Shown: positions 13,901 to 25,055 of the stretch, in pieces
How positions within the stretch are numbered: position 1 is the stretch's first letter
Layout: every line of letters begins with the position of its first letter
Assembly (NCBI GenBank): GCA_001655205.1
Contig: LPNZ01011617.1
Span: forward strand, 1 to 63,962
Reading direction: 5' to 3'
Source of the DNA: Lenisia limosa
Taxonomy: Eukaryota; Protista; Breviatea
DNA length: 63,962 bases
Position numbers and translations under genes: made by a program
The notes under the pieces: model-generated
What the model saw: the letters and a program-made list of their open reading frames with translations, nothing else
Database searches by the model: none
Told to the model about the DNA's origin: nothing

Positions 13901-16900
13901 TGTTGAAATAAGAAATAAAACAAGGGACTATCTGGCAGAAGCCGTCCAAAGCACTATGTTTTACCACCTTAAGGGACTCGAGTTTAACGATGTTCTTCTC
14001 TACAACTTCTTCTCTCCTGAAGCTTCTCTTCGATCACATTGGGCTGTAGGGGGGGGGGGGACTTGGAAGGATATTTCCATTTCAGACTATCATTCTCACT
14101 TTTAGGCACTCTTCAGTCTAGCTAAACCAGAAAAGGCACAGTTTACAGTGGGTTTTTGGGTCTCTAATGATTATATTTTTGAGGGATAATTTACATTTTC
14201 AGGAAAATACTTCCAATATTGCTCTTCTAGAAAATGATGAAGATTCTACGGATGTGAGAAGGGAAGCCTTTTTTTGTCCACTGTTTCCCATATCGGTTGT
14301 TTTTACGCCTTTAGCATCTATCGAAGCACCAATTCGACAAGGCTACTCACCAGATTTTGCTCTTCGAGGTAAACCATGCTGATATTGTATGTTCTTAACC
14401 TACTAGCTGAAGTCCCTTTATGTCGGTATCACTCGAGCTAGACAGTCGGTTCTTTTCTTTGATTCTGAGTGGGTGTCAAGAGGAATGACTTATTATCTAA
14501 CTCCGCAGTCATGATCAAGCCACACCCGCTTACGATTGGTTTACAAGTAGGTCACTACCTGACCATACAGCTTTTTCTGCCTGATCATACAGCTCTATAC
14601 TGCGTGACCATACAACTCTATACTGCCTGACACCATACAGCTCACAATATGGCCAAAAGAGAACACGTTGCTCAATTCATCCAGAGTTCCAATCAGAATG
14701 ATGTACGTATGGGCAGACCTTTGTTTATCATCTGACTATCCAGTTAGAAGCGATTGGCTACAATCTGATGGCACGTGGAGACTTCGCACAGGCGCAGGTA
14801 GTGTTCAAAAAATCTGGCAACAAGAAGCAGATGGACGTAGGGATGAACTGGTTTCATGGTCTTCTCATCCATGCAGCTTTGCCGAGCCCATCATTTGAAG
14901 GAAGTCACAGACCCACAAAATGAAAATGTTAGCCCAAAATGTCTCAACACACTTACTTTGATAGCGCCCAACTGATCAGACAATTGGGGGTAAAGTTGAC
15001 CAGGAAAACTGTATCGAAGCTGCTCTTATCTTCCTTGAGGTAATTGAAGTGACAGTGTCATTGTTGTTTTTTGGATTTGCTTAACTTACAGTATGGCGAG
15101 TATGAAAAGGCGGAGTTTATGATGTCGTCTTTCCCGTTCCTCTCAGCAATGGTACGTCAACTTTTGTTTCCATCCAAAAGGCCAAAATGACGCTTCCAGA
15201 TCACATCGCACCTTCTCAAAAACCCCGATGGAGCTCTTGATGTTTGCGGGAAGAAGCACTTTCTTCTGTTTTTCATTCAGCTAACACCCTCAGATTATTG
15301 ACAAATATCTCGATTCAGACGTTATTGATGACGATGAGCGGAAGGACCTTCAGGATCTTGAGTTGTCAATCATCACCCACAATAAAACTCCGAATGCGAT
15401 GGAGAGACACAAGCAGCATCACCTGCGAAACAGGTTTGCATTGGGTAGTTAGCAATGGTATTTCGTTTAGTAGGCGGATATTTGACAGCTTTAGCGACTT
15501 TGAAAAGGCCTTGCAACTCCATGAAGAAGACCTTTTAGGTTTAGGTGGGTTATTTGAGTTCTTTTTCAAAGTTATTCAGGGGCATTGTTAATTCTTCAGT
15601 CACTCCATCAAACAAACTTATTGAGCTAAGTGCAAGCCAAGTCTATACAAGAACAGTTAGAGGCTCTCACCACATATTTCACCATCTTCAGAAGAAATTC
15701 TCGGAATGTGAAAAAATATTCAACACTCATCTCGCACACTATGATGAAAGGAAAATGTTCAACCACAAGGTATTGTTAGAGTGAGAGTTTATCATGACGT
15801 TGTGATCATGATGTGGGATATGCCACTATATAATACAATTCCATCTGCCTTGTGTGTTTAGCTTTCGTTTATTGCTTAGATTGAGTTTTGTGACAAATTC
15901 TCACTTCACCGCGAAAAACGAGATCTCCTAATGCAAGCTGGAAATTTTGATGCTGTGGGTGAAGGGTGACAAGAGGGTTACAATATTGTATTTTTGCGAT
16001 AACAACTCTGACTGCAGATTCTCTGCTCTCAAAAGACCGACAAAATGAAACTCAAAACATCAAAGGAGATTTTCAATAGCTTCCAACACAAATGGTGGGT
16101 AGAATGGAGTTTTATTTACCCTTTAGTTCACCAGATACTCTTGAAACGTGCATCTTCAACATTGCAACTGCTGCTATTCCACCTCAGTCGCAGAGGCCCA
16201 GTCAGTACAAATACTTCAACGAAAGTCATCTAAAGAACCAATCCTGGGCGGATGGCCTTGGAAGAGTCTGGCCCTTTGACCTTCTGAGAACGGTTTGCTC
16301 AGCTTTCTACAGGATTGAATCTTATCTTTGAAGAGTAGCATTGATAGAATGAGCACTGAAGACTACAAGCAATGCAAAGCAATTGTGAAAACCATCGCCA
16401 AAGAACTCGAGACGTCTCTTCAAAACCACGACTCCCAGGAGCGCTTAAAAGTTTGCTGGTTGAACCACTTTATTTTTTGCTGCTTGAGAAATGTGTTACC
16501 TTTTTAGGTATCACCAAGTCGTTTCTTTGCTTCTCTGGTCTTTATTGCTTCAGAGTGCATTGTCGACACTGCATTATTTATCAAGTTTGTTGGAGTTTGA
16601 AACTTGAGTTCGTCAGCTTCATATGAAAACTGCGATGTTTTTTATATTTCAGAAGTCTATTTGAAGTTGCAGACCTCTCTTCAACCCAAAAACAGCTCTT
16701 GAGCCTTTTGAAGCGGTGAGAACAACAAAATTTAGAATGCAATTGAACATTGTTTATCATATTGTATTAGAAAAGTATCAATGACTTTGACCAGATACTA
16801 TCTTTTTATTTCCTGTGTTTTGTTTCACCTTTATACTAATCCAAGCTTACTGGGTAGAATTGCAGAGAATGCTGCCTCAGTGGAGATGATCGACAATAAG

Positions 16901-19900
16901 GGTGAGGTGAAGGTATGCTTAAGGTGACACTACTTACTCTATAGAAACTTACATCCCAAGTCAGTCCGTTGAAAACAACTGATGATGAATTGGTAGGAAA
17001 CTCCTTCAGCTCTCACATCGAAGGTGGATATAGCATCCATGTTTGGAGTCACATTTGGGACATTTGCGGAGTTTTCGTCATCCAACATTGTTGCTTCTGA
17101 TGTTTTCTCTAGCAAGGCTAGCAAGCAAGAGTTGGTATCGAAGGTTACGGAGGAAACTGCAACAACTGAGCTGAAGAGGAAGCTTAATCACTTCCAAATA
17201 GCTGCCAATGTATACACCAGCCATCTTTTGAACACTTCTACTGGACCTCTCTCAAAAGCTTTTGAAAACTACAAACCCTGTGTTCGATGTTTGGCAGAGA
17301 CCTGCAAAGAAGCATCACATAAAGGAAAGAAAGACAAGGATAAAGTTGGTTTAAATATTTGGTCATTCATTTTCCAGGCATTCTTTTACATTCAACTGAT
17401 GAACGAACTCTCCGTTCTTGTAAAGAAGTTGGAAATTGCATTCAAAACAGCCATTCCTCCATTCCTCAAGGAACAAGTTCGAGTTGCTAAGGCCTTGGCC
17501 TCAGATCATATCAAACTATGGGCTGTCGAAAGTACGAAGTACAAGATGGGTGTTATGTCCACGCTGGTTCCTTCTCTCAACACAGTCAAGTTTGTGGGGT
17601 ACTGTCCTAATCTGACTCATGTATTTCTCACTTTTTAGCGAAGTTGAAAAGGGAGCATTAATTCTTAAGCGATCCATGAACGAGGACCTTCAAGTCAATT
17701 TGACCAACTTGATTCTCCTGTATGCTTATTTTCAATATTCCAGTGGATACTGTCATACTTACGCTCTAGTGTTGAAGCGAATGGCATTGAATCCTACATC
17801 ACTCAAACGGGAACGCTGCTGCAAAGGAGTTGCTTGACAGGAAGCACCAATGGAGAAGGGGAATGGGCACCTGAAGGATTGGATTTCCTTCCCGCCTACT
17901 ATCACTACAAAGTAAGCCGTCTAACTGCGGAGCTGCAATGACACTTCAGAACTATGGATTGGAATACAGAATCGAGCCGCTTGATAAGGCCATGCACGCC
18001 CCCAAAAAGTTTGTTCAGTGCTTCTTACAGTTTAGCGTTTCATATTCTTTCAATGACCTCAACAAACACCTCACTGGTCTTGTGAACATCTTTGCTACAC
18101 TTTCTGGGCAAATCAACTTCACAACACACAAGGTTAACCCAATTTGCGCGGAAGTGTCTTTGGGGATGATAATGCCGTGGTTGTGGTTTAGCACGTTTTC
18201 CATTCTGCCAAACTCTGAACGAGTTCTCCTACCTAAACTGGTGAGTACTTTGTTGCTCTTCACATGATCATCTTATGCTTTAGGTCTATCAAAGTTTGAG
18301 AAACGGCAACGTCCCCTTTTTGACAGCGCGGTACACCGATCTTTTCCAACGAATTGTCGGAGTAAAGAAACAGAACTACCTTTCTGAGAGTAGATTCGCC
18401 GCGAAAAAAGTACCAGAACTGCTCAGTGTTGCGGCAAGCATCTTGGTAACCATCCTACCATTGATCAACAAATGCAACGAAGAGATTCACGCTGAAAGGC
18501 AGTTGTATCCCAATGTTGACTCTGCTTTCACCTTTGATGATAGTGCTGAACTGAGTGTTGAGAAGGCGCGTCTGATGTTCCATGTCATATTCGATCTATT
18601 TTTCACAATCATTGCAACCCACATCTGCATTGTTCCTGTCTGCAAGGAGACTTTGACTGCACTTCGTACCATATTTGAATGGGTAAATGCTTACAAACAC
18701 AGCAACAATACGCGTGTCAATGTTATCCTTCACTGGATGAACAAGACCGGTCCCTACGGTGCCAGCCCTAAGAGGCTTGTTGTTGACGTCATGACCCAGT
18801 TGAATTATCTCCTCAAAAAGGGCGACATTATGCTTTACCACGACGGAGGAATCAAAGTAACAGCTGGACCCTTTTCGCCCAAGTCCCCCCCTGTACATTG
18901 TCCACTTGCCAAATCTGTGATCCCAAAGTACACCAAAAGAAAATTCACGGAAGAGGAGAAAGAAGAAGAATTAAGACTTCAGAAGTTAGAAGAAGAGGAG
19001 AAGAAGCAAAAAGAAGAGAAGGAAGCAGCAGCTAAGGTGCTCTTCAGGGCGTTGAAGACAAGACAAGTTCAGGCCAAACATCATGACATGCAAATCATCC
19101 AGTCACTAATTAACAAACATTCTGATTTCAGCTCCACAGACGTGGCATCTTCTCAAGGAAATACACAATTCTATCCCAACAGCAAGGAGCATGAAGTCCT
19201 TTTGAAGCAAGCTAAGACCAGTTTACTTTGTGTTCATAAGAAAAACAAGCCCAAGACAATTACCTCCTCAACCTTCAAGATTTCGCAAGCGTACTCTTGT
19301 TCCATTTGCAAGTTCTCCTCCAAATGTGAAGATCACAAAGTCAGTGGAATTGCTTTATACGGCTATGAATTTGCATTTTTAGAGAACAATAAATGTATTC
19401 ACTAAAAATCATTTTCATTATTAAAAGGATAATATTGTAGACTATTCGTAGTCACAAGGAAAGTGAAGAGCACAAGAAGGTGAAGGTGAGCTGGCCATAT
19501 GTTTTGCTTGAAATCAAAATACCAGAGAACACACTTGAGTTTAGTTGACCTCTCACCATGACTTACATTTCAGAAAAACTTTGAGAAGACTCGGGAAGCT
19601 ATTATCGGTCTGTGACTTAATTTACCATAATCTACGCTTTTTTTGTAACATTTAAGAGGTGACCATAATCTCCGAAATGGTTGTCAAAACTATTGAACGC
19701 ATTACTGCGGCCAAGGTTGGTATACCCTCTTTGGTACTTTCTGCCTCCTGCTACCATGGTGATGTTGTAGGTTACTGGATACCGTAACGACTCTGATTTG
19801 GCCAATGAAAATATGGAACTGTTGAAGAGAGCCTTCTTAGAACTACATTCTTGGAAGAACACAAGCGACCTGGTCTCCACTGTATGTTCATTGCACTGAA

Positions 19901-21156
19901 ACCAGTGATTTTGCCATTTCATCTTTGATTTTTCTTTCCACAGATTGACAAAGCCATCTCCACATTTGTGTCTATTCTCAAAAAGCATGTGCAGACAAAA
20001 AGTGGCAGAAAGGAAGGTGACGACCAGACTGAGGTTTGCTATCAACTAGAGCCTTTCTTCAACCAATCAATATTATTCTTTTCAGAAGGGTACCAAAGAT
20101 TTGAATCAGACTGTAACAGGAACTGTTACAAAAAGCCAAAAGAAGATCACACAAAAGCAGCAGCATGAACGTTTCGCACGTGGGTACTCTCGGTTGTCTG
20201 TTGCTTTACCTAACTTATTAGGTGCATACAAAGCGCCTGCAGGTTCAAAGCTGTTCAACACCTCAGCAGTAGCAGAAGAGTTCCAGAAGCAGAGAGAGCA
20301 GGAGGAACGTCTCAAGCAAGAACATGCTCGTTTACAAGAACAACTTCGTGAGCAACAACAGTACCAACAACAACAGTACCAACAACAACAGTACCAACAA
20401 CAACAGTACCAGCAACAACAACAGTACCAGCAGCAACAACAGCAATACAAGCAACAACAACAGTACCAGCAACAACAGCAGCAACAAATCTTGGTGCAAC
20501 AGCAGCACTCATGTCAGTCACACATCTTACAGGTTGGTTATAGCAAGAGTATCATTTATCATTCTTTTGAAATCATCACTTTGCCCACTTTCAGGCTGCT
20601 GCGATTTCTCAACAACCACGCCTGATTCAACATGCTGTATTGGTAAGTTGATGTAGCAAGCTCACACTTCAGCAACAACCCCAACCTCCCAATCTTCAGC
20701 AACAACCCCAACTTCAGTTACAACAGGTCAGCTATAACAACAGAATAATGATATGCAAGTCTGATATAACAACGAAAATTTGTTGTTCTTTGGTATATGA
20801 TAGTTTATGTTCATGTGTTTTTCTCAGCATATTTTGAAATCATCATTTTACCCACTTTCAGGCTGCTGCGATTTCTCAACAACCACGCCTGGTTCAACAT
20901 GCTGTATCGGTAAGTTGATGTAGCAAGATCACACTTTAGCAACAAACTCAACCTCAGCAGTTGCAACAGGTCAATAGAGTATTGATATGCAATCGATTAT
21001 ATCAGCATCTTTCGAAATCATCACTTAACCCACTTTCAGGCTGCTGCGATTTCTCAACAACCAAGCCTGGTTCAACATGCATGCAAGCTCACACTTCAAC
21101 AACAACCCCAACCTCCCAATCTTCAACAACAACCCCAACTTCAGCAATACAATTAG
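7963..21156 (+). CDS. TRANK1: TRANK1/LBA1-like giant SF1 (UvrD-type) helicase with TPR-like and Gln-rich regions, many exons; start codon not located
   Basis: HLPFRVSSLENEIINL...ILLGRSGTGKTTC (Walker A, about 11850-12140); QFIKMLDAS; LYVDEVQDL (Walker B, about 13490-13520); LFYTGDTCQTISQGVGFR; KGLEFNDVLLYNFF; LKSLYVGITRAR (motif VI, about 14405-14445); then GYNLMARGDFAQAQVVFKKSG and a long helical C-terminus. Motif order matches TRANK1-family proteins. Confidence 0.85.
13640..13710. repeat. (ATATG/ATATA)n microsatellite in an intron
   Basis: Directly visible; similar tracts occur near 27135-27175, 37735-37755, 43830-43850 and 55540-55720. Confidence 0.85.
14558..14645. repeat. Intronic minisatellite, about 22-bp unit x4
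   Basis: CTGACCATACAGCT...CTGC repeated four times with variants. Confidence 0.8.
20341..20490 (+). repeat. Coding poly-Gln / (QQQY)n tract
   Basis: CAA/CAG and CAACAACAGTAC repeats in the 20101-20625 frame. Confidence 0.9.
20560..21156 (+). repeat. Triplicated intron-plus-exon unit at the 3' end of the TRANK1-like gene
   Basis: CCACTTTCAG|GCTGCTGCGATTTCTCAACAACCA starts exons at 20595, 20862 and 21040 (AAAISQQP.L.QHA); upstream intron sequence is duplicated as well. Confidence 0.85.
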
Positions 21157-21367
21157 GTATAGTTGCCTTTATCACCATATTAGGCTCTTTAACGTTTCAG
21201 TTGAAATGGGAGAAATTATCATGGTCTTTAGTAGAGCAGGAGTATTGTATTTAGAGTGTAAGATATACTTATTAACTTGACTGAGGGTAAGATGTAACTT
21301 ATTAACTTGACTGAATATAATTTTCCTTTTGAATACTTTGAACAACCCACTACATTAACATTATCCA

Positions 21368-24300
21368 TTATACTCTTCTGGGAGGGGGCGGACCTGGGGG
21401 TGGCGCTGTGAACGTTAGGATGCGACATGGAGTCGATATTGAGAAGCCATTCCCAGTGGAGCATCAAACCTCTTTTGGGGAGTCCGGGTTGAGATTGCGG
21501 ACCGACAGCCTTCGGGGGCCCTGGAGGTGCCATCCTCACTGAAGCGGGTACGGATACACCATCCAACTCTGGGGGGGGGGGGTCATGTTTGAAACAAAAA
21601 AAACTTATTATACACAGGGTTGAAAACAACAAAAGAAAGAACAATCCCCAGTCACTCGCTTCATCTCTGAGTATAGGCAAATCATTAAGACAGCACCCAC
21701 CTGAAGTTTCAATCCCAGTGGTGGTAACAGCCATCTCGGTTGCGAACTCCTCTGACACTGAAGGTTTAGCAGGGACCTTCTTTTTCTTGTCTAAAACAAC
21801 TAGGAACGTAAGAAGTCAACGGGGACGGACATTTACTTCCGAAGACAGCGGCAACTCCTGCACCCGAGACCACTGTTCCAATCTACCATGTCAGCCGTCA
21901 TATTGCTTGGGTATCTATGATATTTGATTCACTTGGTTGTGCCTACCACTACAGCGCTGAGGATGTTGCTCTCTGACGAAGCCTCTTGTACTGACGTTTC
22001 ATTGCAGAGAATAGACATGCACGACCTAAGAAGTGACCAATCAAGATTGACCTGACCCACTTTGTCGCCACCGGCTGAAACCCTGAACATCTGCTTGGCG
22101 TAATCTCAACAGACTCGGAGTTCTGTTTGTCAAAACCGATCCATTGATTCAGCGCCACAAACCAGGCATCGGACCGTTCGGGTTGCAAATGAAAAACCCT
22201 CACCACAGGGGCACTCGGACCATGGGCTTGCGTGCCTAGCAGGTTAGAACTGCCGTGTACATAATCACGACCAACCATTCGCCTGAAGGCGGTGAAGTGA
22301 TGCACTTACCAGACAAGCAAATCTTCCCGGAAGAGCACCTGTTAAGTGAGCCCAGAAGGATACTGTGGCGCCAACCTCACGCCGTCACGCACGATATGGT
22401 CTTCATCCTCAAAACAGAAAGGGGTCGAGAAGGGGTACTAAACCACATAAGAAAAAACCCAGATCTTCTCACAACACAGTTTGGATATTGGCAGGAGAGG
22501 TCAGAATCACGGTCATCTTCACAACTGCACAATAAGCTCCGAATAGCGCCTTACAACTCGCATGTGGCTGAATTCTGCTGCTTTTGGGTGCAATCATAGT
22601 TGTGTGACACACAGAATCCATTGTAACATTGTGAACTAGAGTGTGAGAACATATCCTGACCACTGATAGCACGTTACATGCCAACATATCGTTTCCGATT
22701 CCACTTGAAGGGGCAGAGGAGCAAGCTTCTCCATTGGGCTTAGTGCTAACTATCGAGTGAAAAAGACAAAAGAGGATGCCATAATATACAAACAACAGCT
22801 TTGAAACTTACTTGTACAGTCTTGGGAGAAGCCTGTACAAAAACTGGACAACTGCGAAGTGATTCAAAGAAAAACACCGCAAAGGAATACGAAGCAGCCT
22901 ACTTGGCACTCGTCATGAGGTTTCCTGCAAAGTGTCCCGGACGAAGCCAGCTTGCATTCATCCGTACAACACGGTTGCGAGGGGCTGAATGGGTCAATCC
23001 ATGTTGGACCACTTATGTAATAATGACAACAGCAAACCTGCACTCAGCATCTCCAATAAGCTGACAAGTGTTTTCGTCACAACAGAAGTTTTGAGCCCGT
23101 ATACACCCCAATGGTCCGCTGGAGGATGAATTGCATTGAGTTGAGGGACAAAAACCCTAAACATACCAGTCACACTCTTCGCCATCATCAATTAAGCCAT
23201 CACCACTACATCAAATTAGGTTGACAGTAATAATATGGGGAATGACAACAAGACACTACGACTTCGGAAGCAATGCACCCACCAAGTACTCAAAGCTGGG
23301 GGAACTACACCGTCAGATCAATATCCATTTGGTTTCACATTTGCTGATTCAAAAGCATTGGTTGAGACATACCATCAACACTGAGGCATGTGTCGCCGTC
23401 AATACTATTATCAATCTTTGTCGCACATGCCGAAGTAATCTAGGGGATAAATCCTCTTTAAAAAAGTCCTTTTATGGAATCATCCAAATCATATTCATCA
23501 TGATTCCCACGAACACTTGAACTCATGCCTTCTTTCATATTCATAACCTGTGGATGTTACATCAGGAACTAACACAAAAGAGACCTACATCGCCTTCGTC
23601 ACTGGTTGCAGAACAGCCGAAAGCTGTTAGCAGCTACATAGTCAAAACAAATCCCGTTGTAAACAGTTGTAATCTCTCACCCACCGCCCGTGTGGCACTT
23701 AAGATCTGTGTGTCATAAGGGATAGTTGGGCTCATAGCAACAGCACAGTAACTGAGTGTTAGAGAAAAAGTGGTGAACATAAAAAGGATATTCACTCCTA
23801 TTACCTGTTTTGATCGCAGAACCCTTTACTTCCGTAATGGAATGCCCCACCATTGAGATTCCGTCCACTGAGGCGATTGTTATTGAATGTTCAAGAGTTT
23901 ATCAACTGGAAGACCCGCCAACGTGAACGCGAATATAGTGGCGCGGTCGTCATCACCAAGGTTGAAGTCTACAGCAAAGTCTTTTGCCTGGAGTGAAAAA
24001 TAAGATAACTTGCAGTTCTTGATTTTGAAAACCCCCTTACCCTCGATGTCACAGTTGAAAGGGCCGGCATGCCATTTAGGAGGTCAAAATGCTCAGAGTA
24101 GAACGGAAGGTCATCTGAACGTCAACCAGCTAACAAAGAAAGAGAAGGGCCAGCCAATACACCCTTACTTACCAGGTCGAATAACAATGTTAATTAGTTT
24201 CATTTGAACGTTAAACCTCTTTCCTGGTCTTTCGTCAAAGAGCTTCTACAGACATTATTTGAAAATACACCTTATTCTGGACCTTACCCCATAAATCATC

Positions 24301-24742
24301 GTCCAAAATCACGTTGTACTTCACATTTCAAACCTGAGCATGGCTCATCATTGTGTAAATGCGCTCTTCCGTTGCTGTTTTGTTGTATTCCATGTCTAGG
24401 CAATCAATGTGTTTTCTCAGAGAGAAAAATAAGAGGACATCCCTTTCAAACTTAATCATTAACCATCCCCATACATGCAAATGCTTTCTCATCAACAATT
24501 GCCACCACCTGGCCATAGCTAAAGAGTCAAGTTGGTCAAATCAACAAAGCCAAAAGAACGGACCAAACAGCAACGGACCACTTACGCTGGAGTTGATGAG
24601 TCCCTCTTCTTAATCTTCTATATCATAAATCATGCATCATTAAAACTAAAATTAGAGCCTCGTTCCGTTCACCAACCATATTTATATCATGGCAAAAACA
24701 AAGTCCAAAAAAGAAGATAAGCAGGAATGAAGTACTTCTCAT
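21368..24742 (-). CDS. ADAM-like type I membrane protein: signal peptide, degenerate M12B domain, disintegrin, Cys-rich, TSP1, TM, Pro-rich tail
   Basis: MRSTSFLLIFFFGLCFCHDINM|KIKKRDSSTPAYGQVVAIVDEKAFAYMEYNKTATEERIYTMM; disintegrin DGLIDDGEECDCG...FCCDENTCQL...PCCTDECKLASSGTLCRKPHDEC...FCTGFSQDC; CYNGFC; DG..CSSGKICLSG; TSP1 ASPWSECPCGEGFSFATRTVRC; TM ILSAVVIGTVVSGAGVAAVFG then RKKK; ends APPPGPPPPRRV*. Confidence 0.8.
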
Positions 24743-24930
24743 TTTAAAAGCGAGGGGGAATGATGCTCAAGGACACCACTCTTTACTCTTTCTATTTTTT
24801 CCTTTCTATTTTTAAAAAACAAAAACGAGAGGGGGAAAGGAAGGATGGGCCCGGGGCAAACGGAAACCAAAAAGGCGACACCTGGCTGGGAAAAAAGGCG
24901 ATGCCTGGCTGGGAGCCGGATAGAAGAAAC

Positions 24931-24950
24931 AAAAAAAAAAGAATAAAAAA
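24931..24950 (-). terminator. Pol III oligo-dT terminator downstream of tRNA-Phe
   Basis: T6 and T11 runs on the - strand immediately after the tRNA 3' end. Confidence 0.7.
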
Positions 24951-24951
24951 T

Positions 24952-25004
24952 TGCCGACTCCCGGGATCGATCCGGGGACCTTACGATCTTCAGTCGTACG
25001 CTCT
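24952..25004 (-). tRNA. trnF-GAA: tRNA-Phe(GAA), 3' 53 nt; about 20 nt of the 5' end fall in N gap 25005-25014
   Basis: - strand AGAGCG TACGA CTGAAGA TCGTA AGGTC CCCGG ATCGATC CCGGG AGTCGGC A: anticodon stem TACGA/TCGTA with GAA, T-stem CCCGG/CCGGG, 3' acceptor strand. Confidence 0.9.
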
Positions 25005-25055
25005 NNNNNNNNNNACATGCTCTCCAATCAGAATGCCGATCGTGAACAAAAAATT

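Noticed and set aside
20106-20521. Poly-Cys/Trp and poly-Val ORFs on the - strand
   Set aside because: Antisense readings of the CAA/CAG poly-Gln tract.
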